From the NCBI GenBank assembly GCA_964506875.1, contig CAZDNV010000001.1, positions 4,853 to 68,852 of the forward strand: a DNA stretch of 64,000 nt, read 5' to 3'. Both the position numbers and the translations under genes were made by a program. The stretch comes from an uncultured Candidatus Bathyarchaeia archaeon (GTDB lineage Archaea > Thermoproteota > Bathyarchaeia > Bathyarchaeales > Bathycorpusculaceae). Below, piece by piece: positions 1 to 8,371 of the stretch. The notes under the pieces were generated by a model. The model was not told the origin of the DNA. It was given only the letters and a program-made list of their open reading frames with translations, and made no database searches. How positions within the stretch are numbered: position 1 is the first letter of the stretch; each line of letters starts with the position of its first letter.

Positions 1-245
1 AGAAACACGGAAAAAAGGTAGCCTTCGTCCAAGTCCACGTGAAAAGGCCACCAGACTCAGAGGAAGAATCCTTGAGAAGCAAGGACCTGCTCGGCCACTA
101 CTTCTACCCTACGAACCTGATCCTGTTGAGAACCAGAGACAAAGGCGTGCTAGAGTACTACAGAAGCGTATCACCAAGAATGAGTGAATTGAAGAGAAAC
201 ATTGATGCCGCTGTTGAAATAGCAGCGAGGCTTGAGAAATCATAG
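1..245 (+). CDS. 3' end of an unidentified CDS that begins upstream of the window
   Basis: The frame of ORF 39..245 stays open back to base 3 (..KHGKKVAFVQVHVKRPP..). No family recognised. Confidence 0.4.
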   Translation, partial: KHGKKVAFVQVHVKRPPDSEEESLRSKDLLGHYFYPTNLILLRTRDKGVLEYYRSVSPRMSELKRNIDAAVEIAARLEKS

Positions 246-434
246 CAGCACATGCACTCAGATTCGTCCCTTTGAAGTGACACTCATCGCCGATTTTGCG
301 TAGAATCCTTCAGCAGAATCTTGGATAATTCAGAAACAGGGGGGAAGCTTGCGGATAGTTTCTCAAGTTTCGAGATTAGCTACTAGTCCAAGTAAAGACG
401 CGCGCTAGACTTAAATGTAGATTGCCTGTCAACC

Positions 435-1772
435 ATGATAGTAGAGGGCCTTAGAATGGAAGATCTTCGATTTCTGCTCGATCACGGTCTATCGCGTGGA
501 GCCGATTTTGTGGAAGTGAGATACCAGAAACGATCAAGAACAATGGCAAGTGTCAAGAAGGGCGAGTTGGATAGCGCTACTTCTGGTGTTTTGGAAGGCT
601 TTGGAATCAGAGTGTTGAAAAATGGAAGCTGGGGTTTCGCGGTCACAAGCTCACTTGGTCGAGAAATTCTCCTTAAGAAGGTTGAAGAAGCATTAAGGCT
701 GGCAGCAAGCTCAGCATCATCAAAGACCACAAAGAGCGAACTCGCCTCAGCAAAGACTACAAGAATCAAAGCTATGGCGCACGTTACAGATGATCCAAGA
801 GATCATTCTCTTGAAGAAAAAATTAAACTCACTCTCGACCTCGACAGATTCATAAGAGAATATTCAAGTGAAATAGCCTCCACGTGGGTCAGATACGACG
901 AGAACATAATAGAGAAGCATTATGTAAACTCGGAAGGTTCAGACTGCTACCTTTTTGACGTCAAACCTGATCTGCTTCTGATGGTGATTGCGAAAAGAGG
1001 AGAGGTTATGACTGAGGTTTATGAGGGAGTGTGCAGAACAGGAGGATGGGAAATGTTCAAGGCAAAAAACCCAGAAGTTGTTGCCAAGAAGGCCTGCGAA
1101 AGGGCTGTAAGACTATTGTCAGCGAAAGTCGCACCTTCTGGCACACATGCGGCGATCCTAGACCCTGAGCTTGTAGGACTACTAAGCCACGAAGCCATCG
1201 GCCACACAGTTGAAGCAGATCTTGTCATCTCAGGCACAGCGGCCACAGGAAAAATCGGCAAAAAAGTGGCAAGCGATATAGTAACAATGGTTGATGACGG
1301 CACAATCTCGTCATGCGCAGGTTGGGTCCCATTCGATGATGAAGGAGTAGAAGGCAAGAAAACTGTAATCATTGAAAAGGGCGTTTTGAAGAGCTACCTA
1401 CACAGCCGAGAAACTGCTGCTAAATTCAACGTGGCGCCAACAGGCAACAGCAGAGCATGGAACTACCGTGACGTACCTTTGATTAGAATGAGAGCCACTT
1501 ACATTGAAAGTGGGGACTGGCATAGAGAAGAAATCATCCAAGATACAAAGGATGGGCTGCTTCTACTTGGATCCGGAGGGGGACAAGCCGACAGCAATGC
1601 AGAGTTCATGTTTGGCGTTCAAGAAGCCTACAGGATACATGACGGAGAAATACGAGAACCTTTCAGAGGAGTGAGTATTTCAGGCAGCGCCTATGATGTG
1701 CTGAAAAGCATAGATGCGGTAGGCAACGATTTTAGCCTCGAGTTGGGAACCGGCCATTGCGGGAAGATATAG
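435..1772 (+). CDS. tldD: TldD-type metalloprotease
   Basis: 445 aa. HEAIGH (HExxxH) zinc motif, TldD/PmbA-like C-terminal region (GSGGGQAD..), directly followed by the PmbA paralogue. Confidence 0.9.
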   Translation: MIVEGLRMEDLRFLLDHGLSRGADFVEVRYQKRSRTMASVKKGELDSATSGVLEGFGIRVLKNGSWGFAVTSSLGREILLKKVEEALRLAASSASSKTTKSELASAKTTRIKAMAHVTDDPRDHSLEEKIKLTLDLDRFIREYSSEIASTWVRYDENIIEKHYVNSEGSDCYLFDVKPDLLLMVIAKRGEVMTEVYEGVCRTGGWEMFKAKNPEVVAKKACERAVRLLSAKVAPSGTHAAILDPELVGLLSHEAIGHTVEADLVISGTAATGKIGKKVASDIVTMVDDGTISSCAGWVPFDDEGVEGKKTVIIEKGVLKSYLHSRETAAKFNVAPTGNSRAWNYRDVPLIRMRATYIESGDWHREEIIQDTKDGLLLLGSGGGQADSNAEFMFGVQEAYRIHDGEIREPFRGVSISGSAYDVLKSIDAVGNDFSLELGTGHCGKI

Positions 1773-1840
1773 CCGGCCAAGGTTGACGCTGGCGGTCCGA
1801 CCGTCAGGTGTAAAATGCTGTTTGGCGGAGCGTAAATGGA

Positions 1841-3223
1841 ATGGAAGTCTCATCAATTGCAGAAAAGGCAATTCGATTCGCTCGTGGGCTTGGTGCTGAT
1901 TCCGCAGAGGCATACGTGCTGAAGCAAGAAGGCACCGTTGTCCGAATTGAGCAAGGCGGAATCTCCAGCGAGTCTGTTCAAGAAATCGGCGGCATCGGAA
2001 TCAGAGTACTTAAAGGCAAAGCCTTCGGTTTCTCACACATCGACAAACTGGAAGAAGAGAAAGTTGAGAAGACAGTTGAAACCGCTTTTTGCCTAGCTAA
2101 AGCCAGCGTTCCTGACCCTAACAATTCTCTCCCTCATGCGAAACACCTTCCGAAAGTAGAAGGAATCTACGACAAGAAAATCGTCGACCTCCAAGTTGAG
2201 GATGCTGTCAAGTTGACTAAGGACATGCTTGACGCTGCACTGGGTTATGATCCTCGCGTAAGAGTTGACATGGGGGGAATAGAATCTCGCGTCGAGGAAG
2301 AAGCCCTGGCAAACACCGATGGTATTGATGTAGCCGAAAAAAGAACATTCCTTGGAGCCTTCATATGGGGAATGGCGAAGGAAAATGGCGAGATCACATC
2401 CTCAACAGAGGATTATGGCTACTCACATAAACTCGATTTGAAAGTTGAGGAGATAGGGTCCACTTTCGCTGAAAGAGCAGTGACGCAGTTTGGAGCCAAA
2501 GAAATAGGATCCTTCGAAGGTCCTGCCATATTGGATTTCGTTCCCACAGTAGATCTAGTAGGCAGCTCGTTGGTCTTCGGGGTCAAAAGCGACAATGTCC
2601 AACGGAATGCTAGCCCTCTCAGAGGCAAGATTGGGAGCGAGTTGGCTGTTCCGCAATTGAATGTAATTGATGATGGTCTTCTGAAAGAAGGAATGATGAC
2701 TAAAGCTTTTGATGATGAGGGGAATCCAAGGCAGAAAACGCCCATTCTGGAAAAGGGAATTCTGAAGAGCTTCCTCTTCGACACCTACACTTCGAAGAAG
2801 GAAGGGAGAGAAAGCACTGGCAATGCTTCAAGGAGGCGATCAGGGTTGTTCTCTGCTTCCTCGTTACCTTTTGAGTCTCCTCCACAATTGCTTCCCAGCA
2901 ACCTTCTCATAGAACCGGGCAGTCAAACAAAAGAACAGCTTGTTGAAGAGGTGGACAAAGGCATCTTTGTAGGTCGCTTCGCAGGCAACATCGAATTCAG
3001 TAACGGCAACTTCTCAGGAAGCGTTAAGCAAGGTTTCCTAATAGAAAACGGAGAGACAAAGCACCCTCTCATCGGAGTCATGATTTCGGGCAACTCATAC
3101 ACGTTGATGAAAACCATATCTGGCTTGAGCAAAGAGTTCAAAGCTGTCGAATCTTCAGGGATACCCTTTGCCCGAAGCCCAATGGTAAGGGTCGAAAAGA
3201 TCAAGATAACCGGAAAAACCTAG
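1841..3223 (+). CDS. pmbA: PmbA/TldE partner of TldD
   Basis: 460 aa TldD/PmbA-family paralogue lacking the HExxxH motif. Classic tldD-pmbA tandem. Confidence 0.85.
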   Translation: MEVSSIAEKAIRFARGLGADSAEAYVLKQEGTVVRIEQGGISSESVQEIGGIGIRVLKGKAFGFSHIDKLEEEKVEKTVETAFCLAKASVPDPNNSLPHAKHLPKVEGIYDKKIVDLQVEDAVKLTKDMLDAALGYDPRVRVDMGGIESRVEEEALANTDGIDVAEKRTFLGAFIWGMAKENGEITSSTEDYGYSHKLDLKVEEIGSTFAERAVTQFGAKEIGSFEGPAILDFVPTVDLVGSSLVFGVKSDNVQRNASPLRGKIGSELAVPQLNVIDDGLLKEGMMTKAFDDEGNPRQKTPILEKGILKSFLFDTYTSKKEGRESTGNASRRRSGLFSASSLPFESPPQLLPSNLLIEPGSQTKEQLVEEVDKGIFVGRFAGNIEFSNGNFSGSVKQGFLIENGETKHPLIGVMISGNSYTLMKTISGLSKEFKAVESSGIPFARSPMVRVEKIKITGKT

Positions 3224-3385
3224 TACGACTAATGCGCACGCCGTATTTTTCTGATTCGAGGTAGATCTCCAGCAAGAGAAGCCTAGCAGCAGTTCAAACC
3301 ATCTAGCTTATATTGCTTCAAGCCAGTGATAGGCAAGCGGTGATGTCTCTACTAGAAATGAGCTCGTAGAGATAGGTGAAAATCT

Positions 3386-5290
3386 GTGGTTATATCTTCT
3401 CTCAGCGACTCGTTGAAACGGACCAGCGATGCGCTTAGGCTTGGAGCATCCAGCCAAATCGAAGACTACGAGCGACGGTTCTCTTCGCTCAAAACGCTCT
3501 ATGATTGTCTACTAGTAGATCTCATCAAGATGAACTTCGACTGCCGAGAAGCTTGCGAAACTGCCAAAGAATTCTTCAAAGATTCAACCGCTCGATTTGC
3601 AGGCGTAGACGGCACCATGTACTCGCATCCTTTGTTCGACCTTGTCATCTTCTTCGGCGCTGCCTATGCTTCGACTGGCACGGTAGTATTCTCTGAAAGC
3701 GGGGGCGTGACAGTGAAGTATGATGAGAAAACCCTTAAGCAGGCCGCGGGAATCTCAAGCGTCGTGCCACTTTACGTTAATGACATTCCTGAAATAGATC
3801 AAGCGCTCTCTGAAGCGTCACAGCCGGAGGAGATCAATCCTAACAAGCCTTTGACAGACGAATCAATAGTCAACAACACCACAATAGCGAATTGGATAAT
3901 GACCTTCGCAGAGTACTATCTCGCATACAAGCTCGCCACGGATTCAACACAGAAGATACGCATAATCCTGCTGGATAGGAGCCTCTCGACAGAAAGAGCG
4001 AGCTTAATCTATGATACGGCTAAACGCGATCTGTGGAAGACGAAGAGCAGCATAATCGGATATGAGATAGATGATGAACCCATCGACGTAAATGACGTAA
4101 CGATCGCGAGACAATGTGTATGCAACCAAGCACTGGGCCTGCCTCCTCCAAGATCAGATTATCTGAGCTACGCAATCATTGAATTGGTGAAGCAGAAAGG
4201 AAAGCTGACCAGAGAACAGATGCTCATGGAACTAGGCGCAACTGACGAAGACAGAGCCAAGAGAACAAAGCGTTACTTGGCACGCTCAGTAAGAGAAGGC
4301 ATCCTGATCGAGGAAGACGAGACCTATTCTCTGAATCCGAAATATAGGACAACTTCAGAACGCATCAGGAGACTCGTAACAAGCTTGGGGGATCGTTTTT
4401 TCTTCTCCAAGGCATCAGAAACGAGAGCATCCAGCGTGATGAAGATTGTGAGGGATGGGAAGGAGCAGTGGCTAACCACAGTTGACATTGCCTTCCTGAC
4501 GCTTTTCACGCTACAGATGCTCATGGAAGAATGCTGGAAGAGAAAAATCCTGTTGATAGGCATAACGAAAGACACGGCTGCAAGGGACTTCAAGCGCCAA
4601 CTAGTTCCAATAATGCACAATGAGGGATTACTAACTAAAGCAATTCCTCATGAGGAGTTTGAGAAACTGCCGAACACTGACCGAATGATACTGCAGTCAG
4701 CCAGCGTTCTCAACCCAGCCAACATTAAGCCCCCGTGGAGCCTAGTCGAATACGATTCAGCCTTCAGAACAATGGTTCCAGACAGGCAGAACCGCAAAGG
4801 GCATGTTACAGGTGCCATAAAGAACAGGATAAGCCTCGAGAAAACCTTCCTCAAGACCTACGTGCAGCTTAGTCAGGCCAAGTCCGATCCGATGCTACGC
4901 AGCAACGTTCTACTCACAGACCGATTAGCTTACCCAGAATATGACTGCAAACCAGAAAACATGGTTAACCTTTGGAACGAGTTCGGCGGCGCCAAAGAAC
5001 CTATCCAGGTAATCCTATTCAAGAACAAGGACGTGCCGAACAAACTTCAGAACTTGACCATGACTATGCTGGCAGCCATGGCTCCTACTAGCATACCAGA
5101 AGCCTTCGGCCACAACAAACCTCTGTTCATAGCAGACAAAATCGCAAAATGGAACTACAGCCAATTCAAATGCATAGTAGACACGACGGCTAACTGGATA
5201 GTCAATAATCATAAATTGAGACGGTTCATATTCTACATGAGCACCTTCAGAGAGAGGAGAGCATCAATTGAGGCCGCAAGAAGAGAATAG
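3386..5290 (+). CDS. NurA-like (RNase H-fold) nuclease with a central winged-helix-like insertion
   Basis: 634 aa. GTG start preceded by AGGTGA, 6 nt upstream. NurA-type motif series in order: FAGVDGT (D75), FAEYY (E176), IILLDRSLS (D197), LIGITKDTAARDF, PLFIADKIAKW. 23-nt overlap with the downstream HerA-like gene. Confidence 0.6.
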   Translation: MVISSLSDSLKRTSDALRLGASSQIEDYERRFSSLKTLYDCLLVDLIKMNFDCREACETAKEFFKDSTARFAGVDGTMYSHPLFDLVIFFGAAYASTGTVVFSESGGVTVKYDEKTLKQAAGISSVVPLYVNDIPEIDQALSEASQPEEINPNKPLTDESIVNNTTIANWIMTFAEYYLAYKLATDSTQKIRIILLDRSLSTERASLIYDTAKRDLWKTKSSIIGYEIDDEPIDVNDVTIARQCVCNQALGLPPPRSDYLSYAIIELVKQKGKLTREQMLMELGATDEDRAKRTKRYLARSVREGILIEEDETYSLNPKYRTTSERIRRLVTSLGDRFFFSKASETRASSVMKIVRDGKEQWLTTVDIAFLTLFTLQMLMEECWKRKILLIGITKDTAARDFKRQLVPIMHNEGLLTKAIPHEEFEKLPNTDRMILQSASVLNPANIKPPWSLVEYDSAFRTMVPDRQNRKGHVTGAIKNRISLEKTFLKTYVQLSQAKSDPMLRSNVLLTDRLAYPEYDCKPENMVNLWNEFGGAKEPIQVILFKNKDVPNKLQNLTMTMLAAMAPTSIPEAFGHNKPLFIADKIAKWNYSQFKCIVDTTANWIVNNHKLRRFIFYMSTFRERRASIEAARRE

Positions 5291-7145
5291 ACGACGCGAA
5301 TCCTGCTTCACGGACTTTGAGGACAGATTCAACGCTCGACTAGCCGCCGTCATCCCAAGATTTTTCGCCACAGGCGAAGAATCCAGAGTTGCTGGCACAA
5401 GCGCAAGATACCAATGCCGCGTCAAGGTTGAGTATCAAAAAGACCTCATGGGGCTTCTGGAAGAAGGCATGCTGGTAGCCGTTAGGAACTTTAAGCAGAC
5501 TGACTTGGGCTTAGAGAGATACACGCTTATGGAAGTGACCAGAGTCTGGCCTGAGCATTTCGGGCTGCAAGGCTTGTCAGACCACGGGTACTACCCAATG
5601 CAGTTCGAGATCATCGAGCAGTCGGAAGATGATTGGCAAACAAACGACAAGTCCACGATGCTGATCCAGATAGATGCCATCCCAATAAACTATGACTTGG
5701 TTTTTAGCGAAAAGCGCGAGTTCAGATTTGTGAAAGGCTTCTCTTATCCGATTGTGGGGAGTTCCTGCCACATTCTAAACAGCGAAATGATAAACCGCAT
5801 GTATAACCAGAAAATAGCGGAAAAATATGGCATAGACACGTCAAAGACGGTGGCAGACGCTAGAGTCGACCAGCGGCTCGGCCTGATCAAAATGTTTGAG
5901 GCGAGCAAAACGGCCATTCCCATTTACGTGGATTTCGAGAAACTTGTGCGCTATCACTTCGGAGTTTTTGCCTTTACGGGTGGCGGAAAAAGTAACCTGA
6001 TGTCGAACATCCTGCGAAGACTCATACTGCATAACGGCAATACGAAGGTAGTGGTTTTCGATATAAGCTGCGAGTACATGTTCCTACTTTTGGACATGCT
6101 CGCAGACCCCAACGTTCCAGCAAAGGTCATACTCGAGCACAGGATTGACTCGCTTCAGCAATTCTTTGATTCAGTCGTCAAACCTCGAGAATACGAGAAC
6201 GACGAGCGCACCAAGTCGGGCTTGCAGTGCATAATGGATCAGGGCAAACTCGCTCACTATACGAAACCGAGACAGAAAGTGCCAACGTACGCCCAGTTCA
6301 TAGAAGATCTCAGCGCTCAAAGAAAAGACAATGTTGCCAGGCCGCATTACATGGATGCAATCGACAAAATCCACGACGCTACGCTCGCGTTTGTAGAAGA
6401 GCATAATCTTAGTGAAAGCGAGGAAGTAAACGAGGATTTCGTAGAATACATAGATCCGATAGCAACTGGCGCCGTGGATGAGTTCAAAGTCAGCGACAAA
6501 AGCGGGCTGTTCGCATGGGCCACCACGCGAAAAACGATACTTGACAGGATAAAGAAGAGAGATGGCGCTGAAGGGACAGACACATCTGGATTGACGATTG
6601 AAAAAATACGAGATCTGCTAGAAGACAAAACAACAAGCCTCATCTGCATCTCAATATCAGATCCCTACACGATAAAAGATCTGGCAATAAACCTCACACA
6701 AGATATACTGATGCGTCGAAAACGCAAGTTCGCCGTTAAGCCCTACATCCTTATCGTCTTCGACGAGGCACAGGAGTTCATTCCAAGCAACGCAGCAGGG
6801 ATAGATGCCAAGTGCTCCGTACACGTGGAGACCTTGCTTAGGCAAGGAAGAAAATATGGGCTAGGAGTCTGCTTGGCCACGCAACGCATCGCCTACCTGA
6901 ACACGAACGCCCTGCAGCAGCTGCACACCTATTTTGTTGGCACCCTGCCACGCCCTTACGATAGACAATTAGTCAGCGATACTTTCATTATAGACAAAGG
7001 CATACTGGAAAAGACTCTAGAGTTTGCACCCGGCGAGTGGCTGCTCTCAAGCTACATAGCCACAGGCATGGAAAACGTGCCAATATTCATAAAGGCAGAC
7101 AACGCGGAAGACGAAATCGAAAAATACCTGAAGGAAAATGCCTGA
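5268..7145 (+). CDS. HerA/FtsK-superfamily ATPase (DUF87-like)
   Basis: 625 aa. Walker A FTGGGKSNL, Walker B ILIVFDEAQEF, RQGRKYGLGVCLATQR arginine-finger region, N-terminal barrel-like segment. TTG start with GAGGAGA upstream. Confidence 0.8.
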   Translation: MRPQEENRRRESCFTDFEDRFNARLAAVIPRFFATGEESRVAGTSARYQCRVKVEYQKDLMGLLEEGMLVAVRNFKQTDLGLERYTLMEVTRVWPEHFGLQGLSDHGYYPMQFEIIEQSEDDWQTNDKSTMLIQIDAIPINYDLVFSEKREFRFVKGFSYPIVGSSCHILNSEMINRMYNQKIAEKYGIDTSKTVADARVDQRLGLIKMFEASKTAIPIYVDFEKLVRYHFGVFAFTGGGKSNLMSNILRRLILHNGNTKVVVFDISCEYMFLLLDMLADPNVPAKVILEHRIDSLQQFFDSVVKPREYENDERTKSGLQCIMDQGKLAHYTKPRQKVPTYAQFIEDLSAQRKDNVARPHYMDAIDKIHDATLAFVEEHNLSESEEVNEDFVEYIDPIATGAVDEFKVSDKSGLFAWATTRKTILDRIKKRDGAEGTDTSGLTIEKIRDLLEDKTTSLICISISDPYTIKDLAINLTQDILMRRKRKFAVKPYILIVFDEAQEFIPSNAAGIDAKCSVHVETLLRQGRKYGLGVCLATQRIAYLNTNALQQLHTYFVGTLPRPYDRQLVSDTFIIDKGILEKTLEFAPGEWLLSSYIATGMENVPIFIKADNAEDEIEKYLKENA

Positions 7146-7169
7146 CGGCTAAGCGAACTCCAGAGTCGC

Positions 7170-7175
7170 TTTTTT
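7170..7175 (+). terminator. oligo-T tract downstream of the HerA-like gene
   Basis: A T6 run 25 nt after the stop codon. Archaeal terminators are oligo-T. Confidence 0.35.
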
Positions 7176-7187
7176 CTTATGATCAGA

Positions 7188-7214
7188 TAGGCTTCGCGGG
7201 ATTTGAACCCACGC
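7188..7214 (-). other. tRNA-like 3' fragment (T-arm plus 3' acceptor strand), not a foldable full tRNA
   Basis: Reverse complement reads GC-GTGGG-TTCAAAT-CCCGC-GAAGCCT-A. This is a perfect T stem-loop plus a 7-nt acceptor strand. No matching 5' acceptor, D arm or anticodon arm could be built in the next ~150 nt. Confidence 0.35.
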
Positions 7215-7354
7215 TTCCGAATGTGCACACGCAGCTGACGCAGTGGCGCTCAAGACGCGAATAATGGCCGTGCACGAAGTCTCCGATATCTCTTTGGGTA
7301 GGATGGTGCGCGGTCTGCTGGTTTATGCTGCAAGAAGAAGACTGATTGTTGGTT

Positions 7355-8356
7355 TTATGCAGCCTTTGCTGGTTGAGCAATGGCACACTTTTTGAGTAGA
7401 CGTTGCCATTTCAAGTCTGTCTGTCGTTGGATGTCTTCTAGCATTTTCTCGAATTTCGGCGTAAACAAGTGTCTAAAGCGTCCTTGCACCTGCAGGTATT
7501 CTTTCACAGGCTTCTTCTTCTGTGGAGCCAATGCTATGACCTTGCTGGCCGGAGAAAGCTGATAGTTGCCATTCACTGCCTCCCAAAGCGGAAATATGCA
7601 TGTCTCAACTGCCACTCTTGAAAGCTCGATGGACTTGCTTGCGTCGCTGCGCCAGCCTCTCGGACATGGGGCAAACACGTGCAAGAATGCTGGCCCATTT
7701 ACTTCGATGCCTTTTCTTGTCTTCATAATCAGATCCTTCCAGTAATATGGTGACGCGGTTGCCACATAGGGCATGTCATGAGCTACCATGATGTCAGCTA
7801 TAGGCTTCTTGTTTTCCAGCTTTCCAGGAACGGACGTGCCAGCCTGCGAAGTGGTTGTTGAAGCACCAAATGGTGTTCCCCCACTCCTCTGGATGCCGGT
7901 GTTCATGTAAGCTTCGTTATCGTAGAGGACATAGAGAAAATCGTGCCCTCGCTCAACGGCGCCTGAAAGGGCCTGTATGCCAATATCATATGTGCCTCCA
8001 TCTCCTGCGAGAGCGATAACGTCAACTTGCTCGTCCTTAATCCTTCCCTTCTTTCTCAGTATCTTCAATGCTGATTCGATTCCAGAGGCATTTGCTCCCG
8101 CCGTTTCGAATGCCGTGTGCAGCCATGGTGCTACCCATGATGTATATGGGTAAATGGTCGAGGATACCTCCATACATCCCGTAGCATTCGTGACTATAGT
8201 CGGGCCTCGCGTAGCTTTCATGATAAGTCTCAGCACTGTTGGGGCAGCACATCCTGCACAGGCTCGGTGCCCTGAAAGAAACAGCTCGGGTTTTTCAACG
8301 ATGTCTCTTGCTGTGAACTTTCCTTCTGCAAAAGATTTTTCCTCAGAAATAGCCAT
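7355..8356 (-). CDS. porB: 2-oxoacid (pyruvate-type):ferredoxin oxidoreductase, beta (TPP-binding) subunit
   Basis: 333 aa. GDGG TPP motif, N-terminal Cys cluster (CAGC), last gene of the gamma-delta-alpha-beta cluster. Confidence 0.85.
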   Translation of the reverse strand: MAISEEKSFAEGKFTARDIVEKPELFLSGHRACAGCAAPTVLRLIMKATRGPTIVTNATGCMEVSSTIYPYTSWVAPWLHTAFETAGANASGIESALKILRKKGRIKDEQVDVIALAGDGGTYDIGIQALSGAVERGHDFLYVLYDNEAYMNTGIQRSGGTPFGASTTTSQAGTSVPGKLENKKPIADIMVAHDMPYVATASPYYWKDLIMKTRKGIEVNGPAFLHVFAPCPRGWRSDASKSIELSRVAVETCIFPLWEAVNGNYQLSPASKVIALAPQKKKPVKEYLQVQGRFRHLFTPKFEKMLEDIQRQTDLKWQRLLKKCAIAQPAKAA

Positions 8357-8371
8357 TCACTTATCCTCCTC

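Noticed and set aside
482-1372. Antisense ORFs inside tldD (482..769, 1019..1372). Similar shadow ORFs lie inside other long genes, for example 8846..9304, 39368..39775, 54558..55280 and 58413..58970.
   Set aside because: They lie fully within, and opposite to, genes with clear family signatures. Their translations are low-complexity (Ser/Leu/Pro-rich) and have no motifs. These are typical shadow ORFs.
3278-3285. GAAGCCTA upstream of the NurA-like gene, which matches the acceptor end of the tRNA-like fragment at 7188-7195, as a second att site bracketing the NurA/HerA pair.
   Set aside because: It is only 8 nt and lies in inverted rather than direct orientation relative to the fragment. That is compatible with chance.
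7188-7282. A complete, 95-nt, long-arm or intron-containing tRNA on the minus strand.
   Set aside because: Only the T arm and 3' acceptor strand fold. The best 5' acceptor, AGACTTC, gives an A-C mismatch. No D stem pairs, and no 7-nt anticodon loop with U33 could be found. It is kept only as a tRNA-like fragment.
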